A DNA stretch of 63,025 nucleotides, filler included, from Licmophora abbreviata (GCA_900291995.1; 10 parts of 10 records of this genome joined end to end with filler, not necessarily neighbours in it); one strand, 5' to 3'; positions 1 through 12,197 are shown, counted from the whole stretch's first letter. The notes: generated by a model from the sequence alone, not told the origin. Translations and numbers: made by a program.

Positions 1-2302
1 ATTCCCTCCTTGTCGGCGTCCTGGTATTCTCACTGCAATCCAGGAGAGTAATGCACTCACAGAAATGGAGAGTTCGTGTATTGCTTTCGCTGCCACCTTT
101 TGAATGGGCGTGGCCAGTGACTCTGCGTGTGCCGCGACCGATCTTGACCAGGCTGCGAGCAAGGTCTCGAGTCTGTCGAAGCTCGGATTTGTCCGCGCGA
201 GTACGGCTTGGCATTTTGCCAGGACGTTGTTTCCAAATGCAATACTCGAGTCGAGCAGTTTCGTCCATGGTGCACGGCATCTGTCAGTCACAACATAACA
301 TACTGTCCCGCAGGCAGTGATGACTCTAGTACCGACTTCTGAGAGCGTTACAAAACACTCAGAGAGCACTGCAGCTACAGAACCGCTTGTACGTTGTATT
401 GACCGGACCGCCGATCCCACAAACGAGTTTCCGATCGTTGAACTGAGATTCCCCATCAGGAGCGAGAAACCATCGCTCAGACGCTGAGTGAGCCTGCTCA
501 ACGATGCGACAGCCGAATTTCCAATCGCACAGGGCCAGGATACAATGGAGGTGAGCATGCTAGAAATGAACGCTGTAGTTGATCCTCCTGCTCGTTCTAA
601 GCGAGACGCCAGCTTTTGCACCAATCGGAGTGGCAAAGTAACGATCGACATGAGTAGCGACCCGCAAGACGCGATAATGCGACCTGGCAGAGAAAATAGC
701 AGTCGGACAGTATCTTTGGTCCCACTTTGGAGAGATCCTGCTAAAGCCGTCATGGCTCGATCAACCACAATAGCTTCATGCTCGGATGCGCGTGAATTAC
801 CAAATGCTGAAATCGAGAAGACAAGTAGACCAACTCCTAGAATCGACAGGACTGTTGGGGGTGACGGAGTGCTGTGTAAGAATCAATATACCGACTTCTG
901 TTGAGCTCTCGGCGCGGCAGCTCGAGCCACTTACAAATCGACAGCCCCGGCGTGACTGCGTATGAGACAGTATTTCGCAAGGCCTCCCCCGACGTTCGTT
1001 GTACAATATCGTCGCCAACCACGTCTGTCGCAAATTCCATCGAGTGGTCCAAAATCTCTGGGTCGTTCAAGGCATTGTGCGCACTCTCGCCCAGCAAGGC
1101 TTCTGTGGCTTTCAGAACCTGTAGCGAAACAAGCTAAATTCAGTGCCAAGAAACAACTACAGCAGCGGTTCAAACCGTTTCACAGACATACATCATAAAC
1201 TCACCTGTTTGTCTTGTCCAAGCCGTACCAGCAACCGAGTCAGTTCATCGTACACTTCGGCGTCATTGACCATCTGCAAAACTAGTCGCTTGACCGATCG
1301 CTGGATCTCCTTGTTTTGGATAGCATTGTTCAGCAGCTGCACGACTTGCACAGTCGTCTCGGGGTCATTGACAAGATCATCCCAAAGATTCTTCAGGAGT
1401 CGCTGACACGCAGACTGAAACTGTGTCGATTCGAGTACACGATTGATGAGACTCACAATGGCATCTTGCAAAGCCTCACTGTTGAGTACATCGGCCGCCA
1501 TGTTCACGGTATTGTCTACAGCCTTTCGGTCCGGGTCATCTTCCGTGACTCGCAATCCTGATTCTTCTCCAATCTTGTGTCCCAGCCTTTCCTCTCGGAT
1601 GACTTTGTCCATCAGCGCAATAGAATCGTCAGGATCCAACTGTTCGCCATAAGTCGAGTCCGACTTGCGCATTTGTTCAACGACCAACGGAGCCACTACG
1701 ATGAGCAGAATCAACAAGACGATGCCAAAGACGGATGCCAAGTCACCCATATTCCATTCCGTGACTTTGCGCAGCGTGGGACCAACCGACTGGACAATGG
1801 ACGATAGCGAGCTCGCTGCGCCACTGCTACGTGAAATAGTATCCGATGGAGGTGAAGCTCCAGTCGATGGAGTCTCAGCAGTTGTGCCTGAGGAATTTTG
1901 CGTCCCATCACTCTTCTTTGATCCTCCATTCGAAGAGCTATTCCATCGCTTCGATCGCCGTATTCTCTCTGCCATAGACGAGACATGACGCATTTGTTGA
2001 TTCAAAGACTCTGAGGCTAAAACGAGAGGTCGAATCGGCATGCAAGGCATCGACGCAGTCATGATGTTGTATCCAAGCTGGCCATTCAACGAACACTCGC
2101 AAGATTCTCGCTTCCTCCTCCGAGGCGAAGCCTCCAGTGGAGCAAAGGCGAATGGTCGACCGTCTGAACCCCGAAACGATTTTTCAATGATACCTCTCCC
2201 ACCAAATGATCTGCTTTTTGAGTAGGAAGAGAGTTGGTTGTAAGTATGAAGCGGTCTTCGAGACATACGCTTTGCAGCTTCGACAAGCGGCTGGCGAAGC
2301 AT
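1..2302 (-). CDS. Hypothetical membrane protein, 3 exons (2302-1205, 1118-935, 851-<1), runs off window; possible mitochondrial presequence
   Basis: ORF 1193..2362 splices via GTGAGT/CAG and GTAAGT/CAG introns into a frame open to base 1. R/S-rich N-terminus (MLRQPLVEAAKRMSRR) and hydrophobic segments (VFGIVLLILLIVVAPLVV; LSILGVGLLVFSISAF). Confidence 0.7.
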
Positions 2303-2648
2303 GATTCCAAGTTTCAGCACCAAATTTTGTCTTTGGGGGTTATCGATATGTCCAAATCTCAATGTATTTGTCGTCTACAAGCGTCTGGCCTCAATCCTGG
2401 AATCCTTGAGTTCATCTTTCCGTTCCTGTGCAGGAGATTTGGGGGCCCGTCTTCGCTTTCTGTCCCATTGTGTGACCATCACTATCCGGATGTTGCACCA
2501 AGATTTCAGATTTCGAATACGAGCTGTAACCGCAAAATGTGTGATGCGAGACGCCGGATTCCTTTCTAAACGAGCTCTCCGAAGAAGTATTCTTCACGAG
2601 CTCGTCGAGGTGCGCGAATGCTCACAAAATTGTTGAAGCAATTATACC

Positions 2649-5055
2649 ATGGCGGACGCCGACGATGAGAATCCAGCAGCACCTTTCCTCTGGATTTTGC
2701 TAATTTTAGTGACTTTCATTACGTTCTGGGGACAGGCAGTGATCACAGAAGAACGGTGAGCTGGTTGGATTAAATCCTGTTGAGAACGACTTCATTCGGT
2801 TGGCGACAGTTATTGTTGCTCACCTTCATCATCACTATCATCATGCTATGAACTCCAGTTTCGTACCTTCCCTCAATGTGATTGCGAATCGGTTGGGTAT
2901 ACCAGATGACGTCGCAGGGGCTACATTAATGGCAGCAGGTGCCTCGTCTCCTGAGCTTTTCGCGTCATTTGTCTCGTTGTTCGTAACACACTCCGCACTC
3001 GGATTCGGGACCATTGTGGGGTCCGAAATCTTTAACCAGTTGGCAATTTCAGCAGGATCCATCTTGGCAGGTACGACCAGAACGAAAGATGTAAAAGGAT
3101 GAAACGCAGGCTTCAGCGAATCTTTTGCTCACAACAGCGTACTTGCAAATTTCTTCAGCTCGAAATGCGAAACTGTACTTGAATCGGGCTGTCTTGTTGA
3201 GAGAAATCTTCTTTTACGGCCTGGCCCTGGTGTGTTTGCAGATCGCAATGTCCGATCGACGTGTTCTTCAGGACGAGGATGGAAATGATGAGACCTACGT
3301 ATTTATATCTTGGGACAAGGGATTGGTGTTGGTGATTGGCTATGTCGCCTACGTCATGGTGTGTGCGTATTATGATAGAATACTGAGCATTATGGTTCGC
3401 ATTACGGGATACAAGGCGGGAGAAAGAACTGTGGATGAGTCGCCGCTCCCCGCGTCTGCTGTGGAGATGGATAAACGGGTGGGTCATGGGTGCCTCTTGT
3501 TGCTGTAGATTCATGTGACTTCACTCGCGGTCAAATACTATACTGACAATCGCTCTTGTCGTTTTCGTTCAGTCTCTATCGGTGGTGGACCTTCCCTTCC
3601 TGCGACAGATTCGACGCGAGCCACGACCAAACTTTCATAGGGCTAGCAATGATATGGAAGTAACAATCGAGATGTTGCGCTCCCATTCATTGGTTTCGGG
3701 GCCTTCAGAGGCTTCGATTGGTCATATGGCTTCGTCATTGGATGCTCCTCCATATGGAAGCCCTAGCAGATCGCAGGACTCGAGTCCGGGTCGGACTAGT
3801 AGTAGAAGTGGGTTCTACAGCTATTTGGTCGACCCGATTCAGCCTGACCAGCTCGATATTCATGGTTTGGAGGATATCGATCGAGATGAGGTTCGTCCAT
3901 CGAGCCTACGTGTTTTCGAAACGGTTTGTTTTGTTTGGAGCCTCTGCTTACCTTCGCCAATGTCGGTACCCCCATATTTTCTTTCCAGGTGAGCGGCACA
4001 TTGTCTTGCTTTCTGTGGCAACAGTCATCCTTTTGCAACAAGGCTCGCGTTGATATTCGTGCTTGGCGCCTTCGCTGGTTCACCTTTCGTCACAACGGCA
4101 TCACGTCTGTTCCGGATCGGGGGTATCGCCCGAAAGTGTTTCGCTATCCCGACTTTCAACGAATCGAAGTGGACGAAGCTCATCTTCTCTTTCGATGCTC
4201 CTCAAGAAAACGCAACTGTAAGTTGTTTAATGTTGTGTACACTTTTCCATTGATTGCGGAAAGCATTCATGCACTCCGTTCTGACATCAATTCTTCTGGT
4301 GGTCTCGAAAAGTCACGTTCATGGCGCCAACTTCCGAAATTTTGCAGGCTGTACTGGATGCGTGCAATCAATCGGGAGGGACGGGGACGGCAGATACCGT
4401 CATGAGCGGAAGCGCTGAGCTAGAGGCCAACGTGGAGGCAGGACCGTCGTTGATTGAGTTTCCGCACGGCGGGTCGCGGTTGGAACAGGCTGCTCACGTA
4501 TTCCTGTTCCCCTTCAAATTAGTATTCCACTACACGATTCCGGACTCTCGCCGAGATGTGGCAGAACGAATTGACCGACGAGTCAGTGGCGCTTCCTTGG
4601 CGCTAATTGCCTGCGTCATCTGGATTGTGATACTGAGCACTGCCATGGTCACCTCGCTCGAGCGTATAGGCGAGCTCCTTCACGTGTCCCCGGCAGTAAT
4701 CGGAGTGACTGCTTCTGCAGTTGGCACATCGTTGCCCAACTACGTCGCTTCGCAAGTTGCTGCTCGACAGGGATTCGGAAACATGGCTATTTCTAATGCG
4801 TTTGGAAGCAACACCTTCAATATCTTTGTTGGTTTAGGGGTACCGTGGACGCTAAAGACGACGTTTGGGGGAGAGTACAGCGATCTCAGGGACGACGGGA
4901 TCGCCGAGTCGGTTCTTTTGCTGGCTGCAGCTTTGGTGGGATACTTGGGGTTGGTCGTCTGCAGTAACTTCGTGCTATACCGATGGCACGCTTACCTGTT
5001 CTATCTCATGTATGTTTTGTATCTGGTCTACGCAATCGGACAAGTCTACATTTGA
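2649..5055 (+). CDS. K+-dependent Na+/Ca2+ exchanger (NCKX/CaCA family), copy 1, multi-exon
   Basis: Alpha-1 repeat GATLMAAGASSPELF..GTIVGSEIFN and alpha-2 repeat GTSLPNY..NAFGSNTFNI. GT-AG introns start at ~2756, 3070, 3479, 3891 and 4218. Confidence 0.92.
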
Positions 5056-5323
5056 TCCGCTGGGGATATGTCAAAAACAATTTTCCAACAATGGAGTAAC
5101 TCCTGGGAGCTTAAGGTTTGCTCGCAAGAAACCGTAGTAAACATTTTTATCAACTACAATTCCACGGGAGTGGATTTGATTTGTCGTCCGAATCGAATGA
5201 ATCTTGAATCTTCCATTCTTCCCTTTTGAATCACCGTAGACCGCAACGCGTTTTCAGTACCGGATCTTTGTTCCCAAAGAGATTCGGAACACAAACGAGA
5301 AGATCGTGTCCCCGGTTGGCACC

Positions 5324-7640
5324 ATGGAGGAAGAAACTGCAGAAGGAGCATCTCTGGGCGTCTGGATCGGACTTTCCCTTATCGCATGTGTCAGTTTCTA
5401 CTGTCAGGCTGCCGTAACGGAAGAGAGATTCGTCCCAGCTCTGAACGTCATTGCGAATGAGTTCAACATTCCGGACGATGTCGCTGGCGCAACACTGATG
5501 GCGGCAGGAGCTTCGTCTCCCGAGCTCTTCTCGTCCTTTGTCGCTCTCTTCATCACGCATTCATCGTTGGGCCTTGGAACCATTGTTGGATCGGAAATTT
5601 TCAACCAGCTGATTATTTGCGCCGGCGCCGTCTTTGCAGGTATGGCCAAACAAAAGCAAATGAGGGGCGCTGATGAAGTTTGTATTTGTTCTTTCGCAGG
5701 AGATATCCAAAGAAACTCACCCATGTCTCTGCTGTTGCACACCAATCACAGCAAAAAGTGGAAAACTTCAGCTCGACAAAGCCATTGTGACGCGAGAGGT
5801 GGTCTTTTATGGGATCTCGATCGCTGTTCTGTTGGCAGCTCTCAGGGACACGGGTCCTGTGGACGACGACGACGAAGATCACATTTTCATCAGCTTTGGG
5901 GATGCATGCCTCGTCTTTGGTGGCTACATCCTCTATGTCTGGGTCATGGCAAACTTTGCGTTGGTGAAAGGCTTCTTTTTTAGGGGCTCCAAGGGTTTTG
6001 CTGCTTCCACCTCTGACTACGGCAGTACCGGCGACAAGAGTAAGCGAACCAGCTTTGATCTTCCCGATATGCCATTCCTGAAGGAGCAGGCGTTCGCTGC
6101 GGAACCCTCGGGAAACTTCGAGGAAGTTGCTAGCTTCTATCGAACGGCCTCGGGTTTGGAATACACGGGTCGGGAGTCGGATGCTACATCTGCGACGGGC
6201 TCTACAACCGGGACGGCTCGCACTAAGAAGCAAAATAGTTTCTTGGCCATGTCCGTACGCAATGCCCTAGGAAAGTACTCTGATGGTGCGTCCATTCGGA
6301 TCTTTAATTTCGAAATCAGCACAGAAAAGCCCAGTCATCAACACGAGTTACATGAACTTCTATTGAATTCGGTACGTCTTGCTGCTGTCATGCACCGTGC
6401 GCTTTGGGCTTCACATGTGCTAACATATGTCGACTCTCTATAAAGTTCGACGAAACACTATCGTGCTTCATGTGGCAGCGATCGTTCTTCTATAACAAGG
6501 CCAAGTTCTCTAAAGCTGGATGGAATTTGCGTTGGTTCACGTTCACGCATGACGGAGTGTATTCCGTTCCGGATCGAACCTACGCCAAGACCCACAAGAT
6601 GAAGTACCCACGCTTCAAGCAGATTGAGATCGACGAAAAGCGCTTGATAGTCAAGATTGAGAATCCAATCCCTGGCAAACGAAACTGTGAGTAAGGCTTT
6701 TGGATTCTAGTGCCAGGTGTTTGATTGTTCTCGAGCAACCTCTAACATTCGTTAATGTAACCTGGAACAGTTTACATGATGGCACCATCCAAGGAGATCT
6801 TTCTCGCCGTCGTTGACAAGTGCGAATCCATCATGGAGGTGAGAGATGTCGAAGATGAGGAGGGGATGGAACCCGAAGATGATGGCGATGAGGAAGATCT
6901 CTTTGACGATGCCGATGCGCATGAATCGCTCCTAGACTTTCCCTGGGACGGATCCAACGTGGATATAGTGTTCCACGTTGTTCTCTTTCCCATCAAGTTC
7001 TTGATGCACTACACCATTCCCGACGTGCGACATCTCGACCAGCAAGGCAATCCCACCGCAACGCGAGGCAATGCCTTCCTTGCGTGTACTGCCTGCCTTC
7101 TTTGGTTAATCGTGGGCAGCTACGCTATGGTAGCCTCGCTGGAGAATCTTGCGGCGCTGATGGACATCCCCGATGCGGTGATCGGCGTTACAGTGAGCGC
7201 TGCAGGCACGTCGCTTCCAAACTACGTGGCTTCAAAGGTGGCAGCCGAGAAGGGATTTGGGGTAAGCGAAAACCTTTCGACCGTGTGACATTATAGAATC
7301 GCCCTTATCGTCTCAATCTTTCATCTTGACTGCTGTTTCGCGTGTTCCACCACAGAACATGGCTGTCAGCAACGCCTTCGGAAGCAATACGTTCAATATC
7401 ATGGTCGGACTGGGCTTGCCTTGGGTGATCTATACATCGTTTGGTACCGGCTTCCAGCCATACCATGGTCTTCGCAATGAGGGTATCATGGAGTCTGTGA
7501 TTATCCTGTCTGTAGTTCTTCTGATCTTCGTCGTCAACATGCTGATGAGCGGCTTTGTCCTTTATCCATGGCATGCTTACCTCTACATGGGTCTCTATGT
7601 CGCTTATCTTGCATTTGCTATCGGACAAGTCTATCTCTAA
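5324..7640 (+). CDS. K+-dependent Na+/Ca2+ exchanger (NCKX/CaCA family), copy 2, multi-exon
   Basis: Same alpha-1/alpha-2 motifs as copy 1. Introns start at ~5640, 6372, 6687 and 7262. C-terminus AIGQVYL matches AIGQVYI of copy 1. Confidence 0.92.
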
Positions 7641-7712
7641 GTTTTTGAATGTAACCTGTGTGCATAGCTAGTTGACGGCAGAGTTTGATCTACAAACTAG
7701 AGTACAGCTTCA

Positions 7713-9506
7713 TCACGCTTTGCCTTTTTGCATATCCCGTCGCGCTTTGATGTCCTGAACCTTAAGAACCAGTGAAGCGACACGTGATCGCACTGGAGAA
7801 GGCAATTTTCGAACGACTCTACTTGCCCTTCCTTTGCTCCACTGCGAAAGAGTCAACCAGACATCACGGAATCGCACACGGCCGTCCTGGGCAGCCGCCA
7901 GCTTCTTAGTGGGCTCATACTCATCGAGTACCGCCTTGGCGATAGGTGCCCATTCTTGAGACAAACTCCACGGTATTTGAAGACGGCTGGAGAGCCCCTT
8001 GATCAGAATTGTCGAGCGGCCCACCAAAACAAGGTCCTGCGGGAACGACTTAAGCTCCTTGACTGGAGAGTTGGGACTTAATTCGCCCATATCGTAGCCA
8101 CCTGGAAGCTTCTCACAAGATCCATCAAACAGCCACATGGCCACAGCCGCAGCCGCTTCGTCTTTGCAGTCTTCATTGAGTTCGACTCCGAGTTCCAGCG
8201 CCAAATTTCCAATTCTGTCCAGGTCCGCAGGATTGTCGTCACTCTCTCGGGAATCCAAGGCAACCATGACTTTCGCCAACGTTTCGCGGTTCCTGCCAGA
8301 GATTTGTTTGACTTGCCCAAAGTCAATGAGTCCAATACTTCCATCGTCGAGAACAAAAACATTCCCGGGGTGAGGATCTGCGTGAAAGAATCCCTTTTCC
8401 AAAATGGTACGCCCAAACACCGTCGTCAAGGCCTTTAGTAACTTTCGTCCAAAGAGTTGTGCTTCAGGAGAATCTGGATCGACCCCCCTTTTGGCCATCT
8501 CTTCGCGAGCGCGAGATAGCGGCACTCCCTCTAGGTAGTCCATAACCAAGACACGCCGACTTACCAATCCAGGGACAGGGCGCGGTATTACCAGCGGAAT
8601 TTCCGTCGGCTTTGATCCGTCGGCCGACCGAATGAGTGAATTGTATATTCGATCCATCGCAACAGCTTCGGCCACAAAGTCAAACTCGTCTGCCAATTGC
8701 TTTTCGAGCTCCGAGAAGACTGTGTAATAGTCTAATGGCATGACATCCACCTCTCTCAAAGTTTTTGAAATTGTCTTCAGATTGGCAATGTCGCCCATCA
8801 GCTTTGACTCGATCGAAGGGCGCTGAATCTTGACGGCCACCTCTCGTGGTCCTCCGTACTTTTCCGTCAAGACGGCGCGATGCACCTGTGCCACACTCGC
8901 TGCACCAAGCGGCTCGTCGTCAAACTCACTAAATACATCCTCAAACGTTTCTCCCGCATGCAGTAGCTCCTGAGTCACCACCGCTCTCGCCAACGATACC
9001 GGCATCGGATCCAGGTTATCAGTGAACCCACTCAAAGCCTCAGTATATTGCTTGGGAAACAAGTCTTGACGCGACGAAATAATCTGCGCCGTCTTGACAT
9101 AAAATCCTTTCAGACTAGCAATCGTTTCGGCGAGCTTGGACGCTCCGTCCGCATGCTGCGCGTCCCATACGCTCTCCACCTGCTCATCGCTCATCTTTTC
9201 GCCGAGCAACTCTTCGCGCAGCTTCATCTCGGCATATTTTCCATAGTAGCTCGCAATGATCGGAACTGCCGTGGACCAAAACGTGACAGCTCTCGTGAGG
9301 CGTTCGACGCGAGTGAGGGGTGGAGGGAAGTCCACCGGAGGCGTAGTGTTGTTCGTGCCGCTCGGAGAAGCGCCGGCAGGTTCAATCGACGAAATGGCGG
9401 TAAGGGCCGAAGAACGACATTGGCGGGACAGGGCCGGGGCAAACGAGTGCACCCCTGCTATCCAGGTAGCCAGCAAGATGGCAAAAGCAACGCAGCACCG
9501 GGCCAT
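7713..9506 (-). CDS. ABC1/UbiB (ABC1K) atypical kinase, plastid-targeted
   Basis: Motifs LKGFYVKTAQ, PLGAASVAQVH, VAVKIQRP, FFHADPHPGN, LIDFG. Signal peptide followed by VHS-FAP. Confidence 0.93.
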   Translation of the reverse strand: MARCCVAFAILLATWIAGVHSFAPALSRQCRSSALTAISSIEPAGASPSGTNNTTPPVDFPPPLTRVERLTRAVTFWSTAVPIIASYYGKYAEMKLREELLGEKMSDEQVESVWDAQHADGASKLAETIASLKGFYVKTAQIISSRQDLFPKQYTEALSGFTDNLDPMPVSLARAVVTQELLHAGETFEDVFSEFDDEPLGAASVAQVHRAVLTEKYGGPREVAVKIQRPSIESKLMGDIANLKTISKTLREVDVMPLDYYTVFSELEKQLADEFDFVAEAVAMDRIYNSLIRSADGSKPTEIPLVIPRPVPGLVSRRVLVMDYLEGVPLSRAREEMAKRGVDPDSPEAQLFGRKLLKALTTVFGRTILEKGFFHADPHPGNVFVLDDGSIGLIDFGQVKQISGRNRETLAKVMVALDSRESDDNPADLDRIGNLALELGVELNEDCKDEAAAAVAMWLFDGSCEKLPGGYDMGELSPNSPVKELKSFPQDLVLVGRSTILIKGLSSRLQIPWSLSQEWAPIAKAVLDEYEPTKKLAAAQDGRVRFRDVWLTLSQWSKGRASRVVRKLPSPVRSRVASLVLKVQDIKARRDMQKGKA

Positions 9507-9801
9507 GGTAGTCTTTTTCAGGAGAGTCAGCACCAAACTTCGAGTTCGGAATGAGAACGCGGGTGATCATGATGTGAGAAAGCGCAAAATCACACAATGA
9601 GACGCTGAGAGGATGACGTATTCCATTGACATTTCTGATATGTCACTGCGACATCGATGGTGACGTGGTCAAACTTGGCTCACAAAATGGCACACGACGA
9701 TGAGCTGGTGTGGGTTACGAGTATCGATGAGAAGGCGGCATTTCTTAGCGGCACAGTTTCTCCGGATAACAAGGCCGAAAAGAAAACTTACCGTGACTGC
9801 G

Positions 9802-10257
9802 ATGCGTGTCCTGCTATCCATTGCCGCTGCAGTCGTGCTGACATCTACTACTTCGGCATTCGTCCTTCCTCATTCGACAGCGAAGCCGTTCGTTTCGAAA
9901 TCAGACCCTTTCGCCTCGAGCACGCAACTGGACGCTGCGCCAACCATGGTGATTTACTGATCCATCAAGGTGAGAAGAATCGAAGTGTAGAAGTAGGGGG
10001 AATACTCTCAATAATTGTCATCTGTCGTCCTCGCTTCATCTCCGTTTCTCCTTTAGACTGCTGCCGACGCGGTGGCATATGGACTGGGTATGACGGATGA
10101 GCTCCGCGGGACAGGCGTCTTCGGCGGCATTCATCTTGTACGGGACGAGACTAACGAGCAACAGCAGCAAGATGATACTGCGAGTGTCCCCAACGCGGTA
10201 GAATCAAAACAGGAAGCTATCACCACGGCCTCCACCACAACGAACAAAAAGGCATAA
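9802..10257 (+). CDS. Small plastid-targeted protein (122 codons, 2 exons 9802-9969 and 10057-10257) with in-frame TGA at codon 53; candidate selenoprotein
   Basis: MRVLLSIAAAVVLTSTTSA-FVLP signal+transit peptide. TGA at 9958-9960 is followed by TCC ATC AAG and an 87-nt GTGAG..TTTAG intron that joins in frame to TAADAVAYGLGMTDELRGTGVFGG. SECIS-like hairpin lies downstream. Confidence 0.75.
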
Positions 10258-10300
10258 GGACGATAGAGTCTCCACTACCACAACACTCGATGCGACAATA

Positions 10301-10369
10301 CATCTTGCGTAGAATGACGATTGGTGAATGGATGAAAAGTCCTTCATCAGTCTGAAGAAACGTAGCATG
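10301..10369 (+). promoter_or_regulatory. SECIS-like element in the 3' UTR of 9802-10257
   Basis: Helix I CATCTTGCGT/ACGTAGCATG. Core ATGAC (10314-10318) / TGAA (10353-10356). 14-bp helix II GATTGGTGAA(T)GGAT/GTCCTTCATCAGTC. Apical loop GAAAA. Confidence 0.7.
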
Positions 10370-10719
10370 AATGCTATGACAAAGAGCAGAGTAGCAAGCA
10401 TACCCAGTCGCCAAAGGCTCGGCGTCACAGCATTCTTGTGCGAGCGCGCAAGACCTTGAAGTTTTCGTGATGTACAGGTGGTGGGGAAAGGAGACGTTTA
10501 CACTTTATATACTAGACTTGTAACGTAAACGGTGGAAGCAACACATACATAAGCCCTATTGACGTCAACATGTGCTAACCATGGTGCATCAACAATATCG
10601 GCACGACGATTCATCCCTTTTGTTCGTCCGGTTAACGAGTCGAGTCGTCTGTCCGGGGACAGAGTAAATTTTTGGCAACTTCGGACGCACGCCAACCACT
10701 GAAGGAACAGCGACAGAAA

Positions 10720-12097
10720 ATGGCGCGCCAAGTTATTTCGAATGTCGAATCTTGGATCCATGAAAGACAGAGAGCGCATCAGGAAGTCTTCTCTACCCTT
10801 GCCTTCAGAACCATGGCGCGCCATCAAGGAAAGAGGACATGGCATCGCGCGCAGGAGGACCGCCGCGAGGAGCCGGAAGCCGATGACCTTCAGATTGCCG
10901 CGGCGTTTGCGCAGCAGACAGCCGTGTCGGCGATGAAGCAAATGGAGGAAGAGCTGTCGGGAGACAAACATGACAATGGCGAAGAATTTAAGGCTTGCGG
11001 GACGCCGCATCAAACGGAAGAGGATCCTCTTGTACAGGGAGACGAAGAGGATGCTTCCGACGTCGAATCTGATGCGAGAGAAGACGACCGTATGAGGTTT
11101 AAAGATGTCGAAGAATCGGACGATGATTGCGTGTCGGACGTGGACCTGTCTGAGGCACTAGCCAGAATGCAGGACGCATCCGACGATGAAGATGGGGATG
11201 TCATGTCAAAGTCGAAAAAAGAATCGTCCGCGGTACTCCCAAAGACGGAGCATGAGGTAGACCCGTACCATGTTCCCTTGGCCGAGTTGGAAAGCAAGTT
11301 TCAAATGAACTTGACGGTGGAAGAGCAAGACCGACTGCGCATCATGTCTTCTCACAAGAGCGGGAACGATAATACCAATGATCCTGTTCAACTCGTTGAG
11401 GTACGTGTTCTCCTGCAGCGCTTTGGTCTCGGTCGCGTATAGCGCTCGCAAGACTTCATTCGTTCATTTTGTGCCCAATGTCTTCAATTCTTATGTCAGG
11501 CCGGCTATGTCAAAAGCCACATGGTATCGATGCGAACCCTTGTAGTAGAGAGCGGATCCCCTGGGACCTCTCCACTGGATGAAGGATCCTTGCTGGTTAT
11601 TCGCGTCGACGACGACACAGACGGATCTCCGCAGCATCGCCGGCTCGTACCACTCGGAAAGGTCCTGGAGGTGTTCGGTCCTGTGAGTCAACCATTGTAT
11701 ACGATTCGGTTACCGTCAGCGCCGGTCAAAAGAGAGGCAAACGTTTCGAATGTGACGAACAACGCAGAAAGCGATGCTCGCACCGATCCCCAGGATAATG
11801 ATGAGATTCCGTTGAGCGACTCGGAGACGATAGCTGAGGAAGCCGGCGATCGCTCTACTGTTGCTGGAATCGCAGATATGTCCGGACCGGAGAGCAGCAC
11901 ATCGAGATCATCCGATGGCAGCTCGGAACAGCCCATTCTATTTGAAGATCCGTGGGCAGAAAACGGGGCCAACTCACTCCTGATCAAGTCTACCCCGAAT
12001 ATTCCAGTCTACTACATTCCCGATATCACAAACGTCCTTGATACGGGACTTATCATGCGAAACAGCAGAAGAGGTTGCGGTACGTGTTGTCGAAACC
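10720..12097 (+). CDS. NAF1: H/ACA RNP assembly factor NAF1 (Gar1/Naf1 domain), 3' end lost in gap
   Basis: Acidic N-terminus, PKTEHE, LDEGSLL, LGKVLEVFGPVSQPLYTIR and RGC followed by a GTACGT donor. Intron ~11401-11499. Confidence 0.85.
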
Positions 12098-12197
12098 NNN
12101 NNNNNNNNNNNNNNNNNNNNNNNNNNNNNNNNNNNNNNNNNTTAATTAATTAANNNNNNNNNNNNNNNNNNNNNNNNNNNNNNNNNNNNNNNNNNNN
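12098..12197. other. Artificial scaffold linker N44-TTAATTAATTAA-N44
   Basis: Exactly 100 bp with stops in all six frames; identical at nine sites. Confidence 0.98.

Noticed and set aside
9958..9960. Genome-wide UGA=Trp reassignment
   Set aside because: TGA is a normal stop here: NCKX copy 1 ends in TGA where copy 2 ends in TAA, and conserved Trp residues use TGG.
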